A DNA stretch of 64,000 nt from an uncultured Armatimonadetes bacterium (GTDB lineage Bacteria; Armatimonadota; Armatimonadia; Armatimonadales; Capsulimonadaceae): the NCBI GenBank assembly GCA_963795815.1, contig CAWCJD010000014.1:118122-182121 (forward strand), given 5' to 3'. Numbering within the stretch: the first letter of the stretch is position 1; every line of letters begins with the position of its first letter. Below, in pieces: positions 1-9,148 of this stretch. The notes under the pieces are model-generated. The model saw only the letters and a program-made list of their open reading frames with translations. It was not told the origin of the DNA and made no database searches. The position numbers and the translations under genes were made by a program.

Positions 1-184
1 CATCATCTGTCCCGATAAACGGTTCGGGGCCAAGGGTGATCTGTCCGCGCAAACTGGTCTGCGCGCGGTCGGGCAGTGTCGGCAACAGGTGGATGGTGGT
101 GCGCCGGAGGCGGCGAGCGACCTCTTCGTATCCCGGTGTGGCGGCGATCAAGTCTAGGGCATAGTCGATGGCCGCGCGGGTCAC
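1..184 (-). CDS. hypothetical protein, N-terminal part only (gene runs off the left edge)
   Basis: The minus-strand frame is open from a GTG at 182-184 down to the window edge ([26 protein letters not shown]...). The GTG overlaps the pyrD stop (GTGA, 181-184). No motif recognised. Confidence 0.3.
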   Translation of the reverse strand, partial: MTRAAIDYALDLIAATPGYEEVARRLRRTTIHLLPTLPDRAQTSLRGQITLGPEPFIGTDD

Positions 185-1098
185 AGCTCGGACACGGCCC
201 CGATCAGCTCGCGCACATCCTGCACGCCGTATGTTTCGCAGTAGGCACGCAGGCCGTGCACGATGTCGGTGGCGGCTGTGGGGTTGATAAAGGTCGCGGT
301 GCCGACCGAGACAGCAGTTGCCCCGGCCAGCAGGAACTCCACGGCATCGGTGGCATTCGTAATCCCCCCCATCCCGATAATCGGGATATGCGGCAGGGCG
401 CGGTGGGTCTGCCAGACCAGGCGCAGGGCAACCGGCTTGACGGCAGGCCCGCTCAGGCCGCCAGTGATATTGGCGAGCCGGAAGCGTCGCTTCTTCGCAT
501 CAATGGCCGTGCCGACCAGCGTGTTGATGAGACTGAGCGCGTCCGAGCCTGCCTCAGCGGCGGCACGGGCGATGGGGACGATATCGGTGACATTGGGTGA
601 AAGCTTGGTGATGATGGGCAAAGGGGTTGCCCGGCGCACGGCGGCCACCAGTTCACCGGTCAAGCTGGGTACGGCGCTGAAGTCGCAGCCGTGTTTCACA
701 TTCGGGCATGAAATATTGATTTCCAGGGCATGCACGCCGCCCGCCTGGGTGAGTGTCTCAGCAAGAAACACGTAGTCATCGACCGAGTAGCCGACCAGGT
801 TCACAATGACGGGCACCTCAAACTGGCGCAGGAATGGCAGCTTCTCGGTGACGAAGTTGTCCACGCCGCCATTCTGCAGGCCGATCGCATTGAGGATGCC
901 TGCCGGGGTTTCGACGATGCGCGGAGTCGGGTTGCCCCGTCGCGGCTCGCGGGACGTGCTTTTCACCACAATAGCCCCTAGCTGGCTCAGGTCGACAATG
1001 TCGGCCATTTCGCTGCCGAAGCCGAACGTTCCTGACCCAGTCATTACCGGGTTGCGCAGTGTCAACGAGCCAATCTGGACGGAGGTATTTAGTTCCAT
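181..1098 (-). CDS. pyrD: dihydroorotate dehydrogenase, class 1B catalytic subunit
   Basis: ORF 181..1293 trimmed to the ATG at 1096-1098 ([12 protein letters not shown]...), which is preceded by GGAGGTGG. DHODH motifs are present: [33 protein letters not shown]. The start overlaps the pyrK stop. Confidence 0.9.
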   Translation of the reverse strand: MELNTSVQIGSLTLRNPVMTGSGTFGFGSEMADIVDLSQLGAIVVKSTSREPRRGNPTPRIVETPAGILNAIGLQNGGVDNFVTEKLPFLRQFEVPVIVNLVGYSVDDYVFLAETLTQAGGVHALEINISCPNVKHGCDFSAVPSLTGELVAAVRRATPLPIITKLSPNVTDIVPIARAAAEAGSDALSLINTLVGTAIDAKKRRFRLANITGGLSGPAVKPVALRLVWQTHRALPHIPIIGMGGITNATDAVEFLLAGATAVSVGTATFINPTAATDIVHGLRAYCETYGVQDVRELIGAVSEL

Positions 1099-1889
1099 GC
1101 CACCTCCGTTGCCTGGAAAACGGGGCCATCCACGCAGCACCGCACCCGCCTGCCGTCTGCCAGGTCCAGCACGCATCCCATGCAGACACCAATCCCACAT
1201 GGCATCGCCACTTCTACCGAAAGCTGACAGGGCACCGAATGCGCGGTGCAAAGCTCGCCCACGGCCCGCATCATCGGGGTCGGGCCGCAGCAATAAACAC
1301 TGACCGGACGATGTGCATTCTGCATCAGTATCGGCAGCAGCACATCAGTCACCCGCCCTGAAGTTCCGTGCGAGCCGTCATCGGTGGCTGTGTGCGTCGG
1401 CACGCCCGCCGCGGTCAGCTCGGCCTCGCAGAGCAGCAAGTCTTTGGTGCGCGCCCCTATGAGAAACGCCATCTCAGGAGCGGAACTGCCGGCCAGCAGC
1501 GTGCGCGACAAAAACACCAGGGGCGGAACGCCATACCCGCCCCCCACCAAGATGTGCAGGGTGTTTTGCTCGGTGGGAGGCTCGAAGACATGCCCACCCA
1601 GGGGCCCGACCAGGTCGATAAAGTCACCGGGCCGCTTGCGGGCCATTCCTGTTGTCACAGACCCGACCACAGAAAATAACAGGCTGATATTACCGGTCTG
1701 CGTGTCCGACGTGTAAATAGAAAACGGCTTGCGAAGAAACGGATCAAACCCACTTTCATCCCCCCGCACATTGACAAAGTGACCAGGCCGCGCCTGAGCG
1801 GCGAAGGACGGCGCATGGCAGGTGAGGACAAAATGGTTGGGAATAAGGGGCTCGACAGAAAGGACCGGGGCAAGGACAGTGTGCGGCAT
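1089..1889 (-). CDS. pyrK: dihydroorotate dehydrogenase electron-transfer subunit
   Basis: ORF 1089..1985 trimmed to the ATG at 1887-1889 ([14 protein letters not shown]...). It has a ferredoxin-reductase-type N-terminus and a C-terminal 2Fe-2S motif ([12 protein letters not shown]...RCC). It lies directly upstream of, and overlaps, pyrD. Confidence 0.85.
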   Translation of the reverse strand: MPHTVLAPVLSVEPLIPNHFVLTCHAPSFAAQARPGHFVNVRGDESGFDPFLRKPFSIYTSDTQTGNISLLFSVVGSVTTGMARKRPGDFIDLVGPLGGHVFEPPTEQNTLHILVGGGYGVPPLVFLSRTLLAGSSAPEMAFLIGARTKDLLLCEAELTAAGVPTHTATDDGSHGTSGRVTDVLLPILMQNAHRPVSVYCCGPTPMMRAVGELCTAHSVPCQLSVEVAMPCGIGVCMGCVLDLADGRRVRCCVDGPVFQATEVAWN

Positions 1890-1933
1890 GGGGTGGATTG
1901 TACCCGGTTTGCCGGGCACAGGGCAACACGCGT

Positions 1934-4486
1934 TCAACGCCGCACGGCTGGCAGGGGGACGGAGGCGCCTTTGATACTGCGCCAAAGAAGAGTGTTGACG
2001 GCGGCATCGGGGGCGGCATCGGCATCCCGAAAGTCCAGGCGGCGGCTTTGCGCCGCCCCGTAGGACGCAGATGTGTTCCGCTGATCTAATAGCGTTTTGT
2101 CGGGAAGCAAAGCCGTAAAGGGCGTTAGGTCGGGGGTTGCCGTGAACGCGCGCAGGGGCGGGGCGACGGCATCGTAGCGGGTCATAGGCTGGAGATGCAG
2201 CAAAAGCTCTATCGTACGCAGCAGGCTATCCGTGTTGTAAAAGTGACGGTCTACCAAGCCCCTCTTAATATAAGGGGAAAGCACATAAGCCGTTGTCCGA
2301 TGGCAGTCCACATGGTCGGGCCCGTTCTGGGCATCGTCTTCAATCACAAAAACCGCTGTGCTGCCCCAAAAAGGCGAGTGGGAGATCGCCTGCACCAGTT
2401 CGCCCATAGCATAATCGTTGTCGGCAGCCATCGCCTGCGGCGTGTCCATGCCGGGCGTGGTCGCGGACGTGTGGTCGCGCGGCAGGCGTATTATTTCAAA
2501 AGCCGGCAGATTGTTGTTTTTCACATACCCGTCGAACTCGCGTTTCCAGGCCGTGTAACGGCTGGGCAGATGGCTTGGCCCATACAGATGTTCATCTTTG
2601 AGGGGCGGATCGCCGGGCTTCGGCAGCCCCTGCCCGGGCGGGCGGAGGCCAAGTGTAACCCAGGCATCGCTGTCTGCGTACTTCATATTAAAGGGGGCGA
2701 AGTCAGGCGAAGTCGCGCCGACCAGGGCGGGCTTGGTAGGATGGTCGCCCTGGAATGTCAGAAAGCAGCCGTAGTTTCGCAAAGGCAGTCCGGCATGGGC
2801 AACGGCATCCCAAATATAGCCGCCCGGCGACTCCGACACATCAATGCCCTGGTGGAGCGAGGGAGTGCTGCTTCGGTTCTCGCCTTCGTAGTCATAAGAG
2901 CGGACAGGGGGGCGTGGTGTTTGCTTGCGCTCGCTGTAGTTCTCGGGCACCGTCCGCTGGACATAGTCATTGGCGAAGCCGGATGTGCTCCAGTTCCAGC
3001 CATCCGGGCTGACTTCCGCGCAGGCATAACAATTGTCCAGCAGCACAAACTGCTCCGCCAGCGCGTGGAGGTTGGGCGTCACCGCACGCCCGAACAGCGT
3101 CAGCGACGGGTCGCCATTGCCAGTGTGGATATCGCCCAGAACCTGGTCATACGTGCGGTTCTCCTTGATAATATAAAGCACATGTTTGATCGGCAGACGG
3201 CCCAGGGCTCGCGCCGTTTGGAGCGCATCGGTGTCAAGGCTCTGCGTCACACTGTTGTCGGCGAGGACTTGCCGTGTCAGGATGCCCAGTTTCGCGGGAG
3301 TGGGGAGGCTGAGGCACTGTGCCGTGCCTGTCAGCAGGTTGTGGATATAACGTGTGCGTGTGCCCAGGCCCGTCGGACCGGACCCCTGCGGGTTAGCAAA
3401 ACGCCCCCGGGCCCCCTTGGCATTGATTATGCACATTGAACGGATACCGGGCACTGCGCAGACCGCAGACGGATACCAGCCGCACGGCAGCAGGCCACGC
3501 AGGCTGCCGTCATTGCGAGCCTTGTTCAGGCGCACAAGAGCGACAGCGTTCATATCAGCCAGAGTAACGCACACTGTCTGCTCGTCGGCAGTCAGGGCCA
3601 AACTCGTAGGAGTGGCACCCGGCAGGCCGCGCGCCGCAGCAGGACGCAGCAGCAGCGTGCGCAGCACCCGGTCGGTGCGCGTGTCGACAATGGAAATTGT
3701 ATCGCTGCCCGCATTGGCGACAAACAAGCGTTTGCCGTCGCGCGACAGGCACAGCGCATCGGGATGCGAGCCGGTTGCGATATCGCCTGTGTGGGACAGC
3801 GCGCGCGGGTTCACAACAGCCACCGTGCCGGACTGCTCGCAGGCGACATAGACTTTGGCGCTGTCCGGCAGGGCTGCCACCGCGAGCGGATAGCCGCCGA
3901 CAGGAACGCGCCCCAGCAAAGCATGCCGGGGAACATCGAAGACCGCAAGGCTGTCGGAGAGATTGTTGGCGGCATACAAGCGTGTCCCCGCACCGTTCAA
4001 GGCCACGCCGCAGGGGAAATTGCTCCTTTTGGGGTCGCCGGTCGGCTCTGCCAGCGCGCCGGTCTGTGTCAGCGCCCCAAGGGGGCTCAGACGAAAGATC
4101 CCGACCCTTTCCATGCTGCCCTGCGCCGCATAGACTGTCTGGCCCCGGGGCGAGACGGCCACGCCGTAAAAAGAGCTGCCGGTCGGTGAGTAGGAGATCG
4201 CGCCGTCGGCTTCTTTTTTCAATGTCTGGAAAGGCAAAAAAGAAAGCTGGCTCCGGGTCTGCATGTCTATGACGGATAAGCCCTGCAGGGCTCCGCTGCA
4301 GGACACGACCACGCGCGCTGTGCCCGGCACGCCTGCAGCGCCTAGGGGAAGTGTTCCTGACAAGGCGATCTGCCCGGCGACAGGCGATAAACGCTGCCCT
4401 GTCGGCAGCCGCTGCGCGGATGCCGGCAGGACGCACACTAGAGAAAACAACACAAATGACGCACGGCGCAGGAAATTGCCACCCAT
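1934..4486 (-). CDS. secreted YncE-like beta-propeller fused to a phosphoesterase (PLC/AcpA, PF04185-type) domain
   Basis: ORF 1934..4507; the ATG at 4484-4486 follows GAGG, and a signal peptide is present (FVLFSLVCVLPASAQ). The N-terminal half has repeated 'G..P..la.s.DG..lyVan' blades. The C-terminal half has IKHVLYIIKENRTYDQVLGD and VIEDDAQNGPDHVDCHR, typical of the phosphoesterase family. Confidence 0.8.
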   Translation of the reverse strand: MGGNFLRRASFVLFSLVCVLPASAQRLPTGQRLSPVAGQIALSGTLPLGAAGVPGTARVVVSCSGALQGLSVIDMQTRSQLSFLPFQTLKKEADGAISYSPTGSSFYGVAVSPRGQTVYAAQGSMERVGIFRLSPLGALTQTGALAEPTGDPKRSNFPCGVALNGAGTRLYAANNLSDSLAVFDVPRHALLGRVPVGGYPLAVAALPDSAKVYVACEQSGTVAVVNPRALSHTGDIATGSHPDALCLSRDGKRLFVANAGSDTISIVDTRTDRVLRTLLLRPAAARGLPGATPTSLALTADEQTVCVTLADMNAVALVRLNKARNDGSLRGLLPCGWYPSAVCAVPGIRSMCIINAKGARGRFANPQGSGPTGLGTRTRYIHNLLTGTAQCLSLPTPAKLGILTRQVLADNSVTQSLDTDALQTARALGRLPIKHVLYIIKENRTYDQVLGDIHTGNGDPSLTLFGRAVTPNLHALAEQFVLLDNCYACAEVSPDGWNWSTSGFANDYVQRTVPENYSERKQTPRPPVRSYDYEGENRSSTPSLHQGIDVSESPGGYIWDAVAHAGLPLRNYGCFLTFQGDHPTKPALVGATSPDFAPFNMKYADSDAWVTLGLRPPGQGLPKPGDPPLKDEHLYGPSHLPSRYTAWKREFDGYVKNNNLPAFEIIRLPRDHTSATTPGMDTPQAMAADNDYAMGELVQAISHSPFWGSTAVFVIEDDAQNGPDHVDCHRTTAYVLSPYIKRGLVDRHFYNTDSLLRTIELLLHLQPMTRYDAVAPPLRAFTATPDLTPFTALLPDKTLLDQRNTSASYGAAQSRRLDFRDADAAPDAAVNTLLWRSIKGASVPLPAVRR

Positions 4487-4603
4487 AACGCGAACCTCAT
4501 CAACCAAGACATAGTATTCCTGCCTACTTTACCTGAATAAGCAATCAACCTGTCCTGCACTGCAGGGCTGTTCCCTGTTTCCCTGAAGGAGACGCTGTAC
4601 GCA

Positions 4604-7158
4604 ATGGATTTTTGGAGACTTTACCGGCTTGTCATCGCGCGGCGGTGGCTGGTCCTTGGCCTGATGGCCGTCGCCCTGGTGTCTGTGCTGATCGCGAAAA
4701 AGGTCGCCGATGCACAGATACAATATGTCGCGACAGCCACCGTGCTGCCTTCGCCCCGCGCGATGAACCCCGGCGACATGACCAAAGGCGACGGTGCCGA
4801 CACAGCCGCCCCTGCCCCAGACCGCCTGTCCCGTATTTCTTTGTTCCGTACCAGCCTGGAAAACGAGCAGGATGAAGCCCTTAAAATCTCGGCGCTTTCT
4901 CCGCTGGAACAAAAGAAAGCCGTGCTGCGCGCCTTGAGCAACAGAATTCAGGGACCGGCGCGCAGGCTCTGGAGCAGCCCCACGGTCACGGAAGCCGAGA
5001 TCGACCCGTACCTGACCGCCTACCAGGTCCCAACCGATCCGCAGATCTGGTCGCCGCGCGTCGTCTCCCCTGCCCTCGCCCAGACCATTCGCAACGGCCT
5101 GGATGTTGCCCCGATCTACGATGAGAAAGTGACACAGTCAGGCGGTGGCGGCAACCCTGCCCCCACCATGACAGATTATATTTCCGTCAATGTCCATGCC
5201 CCGACCCCGCAGATGGCTCAGCAGCTCGCCACTCTCACCGCCGCCGCGTTCGTCAATGGCTACCAGGACTCGGGCATGCAGGAAAACCGGGCTTCTCTCA
5301 GCCAATACAAAGACAATCAGCGGCAGGCCCGCGATGAAGTCGTGCGCACACAAAACGCTTTGTACAATTTCAAGGAACGCACGGGCATAGTAGACCTTAA
5401 TATCCAGCAGTCAGCAGCGGTCAACGATCTCGGAACACCTCAAGCAGCAGCGGGAGCAGGCGCAGAGCCAGCTGGATTCGGCCCGCAGCGCTGCCGCCAC
5501 GGTGCAGGGCCAGCTCCAGCAAACCAACCCGCAGACAGTGACCAACCTTGACCCGCATTCGCGCCCCGAAGTCCTTGCACTGTCCACGAAGATCGAGCAG
5601 GATCAGGCTAATCTTCAGGTGCTTGCCACGCGGTTGACCCCCCAAAACCCCGATTACCAGCGGGCTGTGACATCACTCAGCGCCGAAAAGCGTCAATTGC
5701 AGCGTTTGTCGTCCCAGCCTTATGTCAGTGCGACAGTCAACCCGCAGTTTCAGGCCTTGCGCGCTCAGCGGGATGCCGAGCTGGCCGGGGCCGCCCGCGC
5801 TCAGGCCGCCGTGGCGCGCTACACCCAGCAGATCACGGCGTTGCAGGAGTCCAACAGCCGGACATTGCCCGAAGCGCAAAAAAAGCTGGCCGACCTGCAG
5901 ACCGCCTATGACCAGGCAGTTGGCAACAAACGTGCCGCGGATGCCGCCTATCACAACTTGCAGACCACCAACAAGCTTTTCAACAATGGCTTGATTACAC
6001 TCACCAGCGCCGCCGAATATGCCCTGCCGGATAAGACAGGGCCGGGCCTGATCACTTTGCTTGTCTACGCCGGGCTGCTTAGCTTGATTATCGGCATCGG
6101 CGTCGTGGTCGGGCTGGAACTCGCTGGACAACCGCATCCAGACCGTCGGGGATGCCGAACGACTGCTGGGGATGCCTGTTTCCGCTGTCATCCCCGAAAT
6201 GTCGGAAACAGACCCCCGTGTCCGCACACGCATGATTGTCAGCGACCCGCTGTCCCCGGTGGCCGAGTCTTATCGCCTGCTGCGCACCGACCTGCTGTTC
6301 TCGGCTGATGACAAGCCTTTTAAATCGATCATGGGGGCGACTTCCAAGCCCGGCCAGGGGGCAACCACCACGATCTGCAACCTCGCTGTCGCCCTCGCCC
6401 AGGTCGGCAAGCGCGTGATCTTGATTGATGCGGACCTGCGGCGGCCCAAGCTGCATGACTTCTTTGGGACGACCAATGAGACCGGCCTGACCAGCCTGCT
6501 GCGCGATGAGTGCAGCATGGAAGAAGCGCTCAAGATCACCGATATTGATAATCTCCTGCTGCTGCCGTCAGGCCCCCTGCCCCTGAACCCCTCCGAGCTG
6601 CTGGCTTCGCAGCGGATGCGCGTGCTGCACGAGCGGCTCAAGCCGCACACCGACTTTATTCTCGTAGACACGCCTTCGGCAATTGCCTTCAGCGACTCGG
6701 CGATCCTGGCCTCGTTTATGGATGCCGTGCTCTTGGTGATGCGAGCCCAGGAAGCGCCCCGCGGTGGCGAAAAGCAGGTCCGCGAGATGCTGACCAAGGC
6801 CCGCGCCAATGTCGTCGGCGTCGTGCTGAACGGTGTCAAGCCTCAGCTTGTCGACTCCTACCACTACCATGCGGCCTACTACCCGCAGATCGGCAAGTCA
6901 GTCGCCACGCATACTGCCCTGCCCGCCCCGGCTGCCGAGATTGACCTTCCCGCGACCCCTGCATTGCGCAGCGGCTACGAGCAGACCCTGATGGGGGTGA
7001 CTTTGGACCATCGCCACATGGCCGAAGACAAAAAAGCCGAGGCCGAGCCGGACAGCGTGGGCGAAGAAACCGCCTTTATGGATCAGGTGCCGGAAAGCCC
7101 GCAGGCCAAGTCCGGCTTTTCCCTGCGCTCGCTGTTCGGAACCGACCATGAGCACTAG
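4604..7158 (+). pseudogene. polysaccharide co-polymerase (Wzz/GumC-like) fused to a BY-kinase domain; frame broken twice as assembled
   Basis: ORFs 4604..5551, 5502..6308 and 6172..7158 lie in three frames and read through as one protein across shifts near 5428 (…AAVNDL/SEHLKQQREQAQ…) and near 6122 (…GLEL/LDNRIQTVGDAERLLGMPV…). Features are an N-terminal TM, a long coiled coil, a second TM, then a CapB/Wzc-type ATPase (ILIDADLRRP, FILVDTPS) and a C-terminal Tyr cluster YHYHAAYY. Confidence 0.8.
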
Positions 7159-7179
7159 GCAGACCAGCCCCCTTGACCT

Positions 7180-7220
7180 AAAAAGCCCCCGCCGAACAGA
7201 GTGTTCGGCGGGGGCTTTTT
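7180..7220. terminator. bidirectional rho-independent terminator
   Basis: AAAAA-GCCCCCGCCGAACA-gag-TGTTCGGCGGGGGC-TTTTT: a perfect 14-bp stem flanked by an A5 run and a T5 run, 22 nt after the stop at 7156-7158. Confidence 0.85.
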
Positions 7221-7306
7221 GTTGACATCAATCTTCGGTCGGCTTAGCTCAGTCAGTGCCTTTAAACAAGCAACTATTACCACTTTGATAAGTAGGCAAT
7301 GCGGGG

Positions 7307-7337
7307 AAAAAGATACGCACCATCGCAGGTGCGTATC
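7307..7337 (-). terminator. rho-independent terminator of the Met/Lys-rich gene
   Basis: On the minus strand: GATACGCACC-tgcgat-GGTGCGTATC followed by TTTTT. It lies 20 nt downstream of the stop at 7357-7359. Confidence 0.8.
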
Positions 7338-7356
7338 CGTCTGCCCAGGGGCAGAA

Positions 7357-7674
7357 CTACATGGACTTTTTGCCCATCATGGGCTTTTTCATCATCATGG
7401 GCTTCTTCATGGGCTTCATCATCATGGCTTTTTTTTCCATCATTGCGCCCTTCTTGTGCATTTTGTAGCCCTTCTTCTCCATCTTCTCGGCTTTCTTCAT
7501 CATCATTTTTTTACTCATCATGCCCTTTTTCATCATCATGGGCTTCTTCATCATGGGCTTGGCGGCCATGGGTGAAGGGGTGGACATTGCGGGGGGCGGG
7601 GTCTGCGCGAATGCGGCGGGAACAACGACTGCGGCGGCGACAAATGTCGCGGCGATTTTGGCGAATACTTTCAT
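7357..7674 (-). CDS. secreted low-complexity Met/Lys-rich protein (105 aa)
   Basis: A strong SD (AGGAGG, 6 nt) precedes the ATG at 7672-7674. The signal peptide is MKVFAKIAATFVAAAVVVPAAFA|Q. The mature part is almost only M, K and P (…KPMMKKPMMMKKGMMSKKMMMKKAEKMEKK…). It has its own terminator. Confidence 0.75.
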   Translation of the reverse strand: MKVFAKIAATFVAAAVVVPAAFAQTPPPAMSTPSPMAAKPMMKKPMMMKKGMMSKKMMMKKAEKMEKKGYKMHKKGAMMEKKAMMMKPMKKPMMMKKPMMGKKSM

Positions 7675-7743
7675 AGAAAGCCTCCTGAGTAGATTGATGT
7701 CCCAGCAGGAAGCGAGAACCAGAGACAGAAAGTTCCGACAATT

Positions 7744-7759
7744 GAAAAATATATTTTTC
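7744..7759. promoter_or_regulatory. perfect 16-bp AT-rich palindrome (candidate operator) in a divergent promoter region
   Basis: GAAAAATATATTTTTC lies between the divergent starts at 7674 (-) and 7843 (+) and stands out against GC-rich flanks. Confidence 0.2.
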
Positions 7760-7842
7760 CTGCGCGTCGGCCCCGTGGAACCGTCTCTGTCTTGGCGCCG
7801 TCACTGCTAGGGAATGCTCACCTTTTGGAAGGAACTCTTCTC

Positions 7843-8226
7843 ATGAAACCTCGACCCTGGTTCCCCGCAGCCCTGGCGCTGCTTGCCCTGCTGACAGTTC
7901 TGTTTGCCGCCGGATGCAACACCCACACGGACAAGATCAGCGACCTGCTCAACCATCCGTCGGACTACAGCGGCAAAGATGTGACTGTGGCGGGCGAAGT
8001 CACAAAGATCTACGAGCTGCCCCTGGGCCTGTCCAATTTCGGGATCAGCAACTTGGCGGCTTACCGGGTCAGCGACGGCACCGGGCAGGTGTGGGTCGTC
8101 AGCCACGCCGGTGCCCCCGTGATCGGCGATAAAGTTGGCCTCAAAGGCGCGGTGCGCCCTGAAGGCCGGATCGGCACCTTCCCGCTCGGCACGATCATTG
8201 AAGAAAAAGGGCGCAAAGTGCAGTAG
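7843..8226 (+). CDS. lipoprotein, function unknown
   Basis: ORF 7792..8226 trimmed to the ATG at 7843, downstream of GGAAGGAA. Signal peptide with lipobox LFAAGC. No further motif recognised. Confidence 0.7.
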   Translation: MKPRPWFPAALALLALLTVLFAAGCNTHTDKISDLLNHPSDYSGKDVTVAGEVTKIYELPLGLSNFGISNLAAYRVSDGTGQVWVVSHAGAPVIGDKVGLKGAVRPEGRIGTFPLGTIIEEKGRKVQ

Positions 8227-8317
8227 CAAGCGCGTTTTTGTCATGCCCCCAAGCCCTCTGCCCGTGCAGAGGGCTTGCGTGTTTTCAGGTCGCGTGCTGG
8301 CTGTCTGCGCGTTGTTA

Positions 8318-8400
8318 AAACGTCTTATCGGGATACCAAGCGCATACCAACGACGGACGAAATCCGTCCGTCGTTGGTATGCGCTGGCAACACGCTGACA
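8318..8400. repeat. REP-like palindromic element, copy 1 of 5
   Basis: CGCATACCAACGACGGACG-aaatc-CGTCCGTCGTTGGTATGCG (8341-8383), with the conserved left flank CGTCTTATCGGGATACCAAG. Intergenic, between convergent genes. Confidence 0.85.
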
Positions 8401-8431
8401 ACCCGGAAAATGCGCCAGGGAGAGAACGGTA

Positions 8432-9019
8432 TCAGGCTCCGGTGCGGACGTCTGTGCCGAGGAAATGGACAGCGCGGGCGAGCCCGACAATGCTTAGTCC
8501 ATCGGTGATGCGTCCGTCGAGGGCCATCCGCCAGGCTTCGGGCAGGGGCAGGCGGCGCACGACCAGCACTTCATCGCCTTCCGGGTGGGCGGGGCCGAAT
8601 GTCAGCCCCTGCGCGAGAAAGACGGTGCCCGCTTCATCGGTCACCGAGTTGGAGAGGTGGACCGGGCCGAGGTCGGTCCAAAGGGAGGCGGTGATGCCGG
8701 TTTCCTCGGCCAGTTCGCGCTGGGCGCTTTCTAAAAACGGGACAGAAAGCGCGCCGCCGCCTTCGGGGATCTCCCAGGAGTAGGCATCCAGCGGGTACCG
8801 CCACTGGCCGACCAGCACGGTTTCTCCGGTCTCGGTGACGGGGACAATACCGATCGCATGGTTCTGGAAGTGCACGACGCCGTAGATGCCGGGCTTGCCG
8901 TCGGGGCGCAGGACATCGTCTTCGCGGACCGAGATCCAGGGGTTTTGGTAGACGGCGCGGGTGCCGCGCAGATGCCACGGGCTATGGGCGCGGCTTGCTG
9001 TATCGGGGGTGTCGCTCAT
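8432..9019 (-). CDS. NUDIX hydrolase (ADP-ribose pyrophosphatase-like)
   Basis: Nudix box GGGALSVPFLESAQRELAEETGI; the length and layout match NudF-type enzymes. Confidence 0.8.
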   Translation of the reverse strand: MSDTPDTASRAHSPWHLRGTRAVYQNPWISVREDDVLRPDGKPGIYGVVHFQNHAIGIVPVTETGETVLVGQWRYPLDAYSWEIPEGGGALSVPFLESAQRELAEETGITASLWTDLGPVHLSNSVTDEAGTVFLAQGLTFGPAHPEGDEVLVVRRLPLPEAWRMALDGRITDGLSIVGLARAVHFLGTDVRTGA

Positions 9020-9148
9020 GGGGCTATCGTAGACGATCGGGTTTATTTTGTCAACAGGGGCCGCGTGACTGTTGGGCGGCAGACCTGCTGGGTATAGTAC
9101 TGGCGTATTGAGGTCACATACTTAGAAGGCTGACTACAGTCAAAACCT

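Noticed and set aside
2195-3439. 414-aa plus-strand ORF, and similar long antisense ORFs (29988..31184, 9434..10441, 34557..35561, 37086..38309, 57450..58262, 58449..59459)
   Set aside because: Each lies opposite a gene with strong family motifs. None has a start context or recognisable domains. They are typical of stop-codon-poor antisense frames in high-GC sequence.
7241-7256. tRNA-like D-arm string GGCTTAGCTCAGTCAG
   Set aside because: No matching acceptor stem, anticodon arm or T-arm (GTTCRANNC) can be folded from the flanking sequence.
7201-7575. His/Phe/Leu-rich plus-strand ORFs (…HHGLLHGLHHHGFFFHH…), a tempting metal-binding candidate
   Set aside because: They are the reverse-complement reading of the Met/Lys-rich gene. 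Only the minus-strand frame has an SD, a signal peptide and a terminator.
8135-8398. Recurrent peptide …SAYQRRT..VRRWYA… in ORFs at about 8.3, 17.3, 33.2, 49.2 and 62.7 kb, suggesting a small repeated gene
   Set aside because: The shared peptide is the translation of the REP-like palindrome. The ORFs differ in frame, strand and flanks, and have no start signals.
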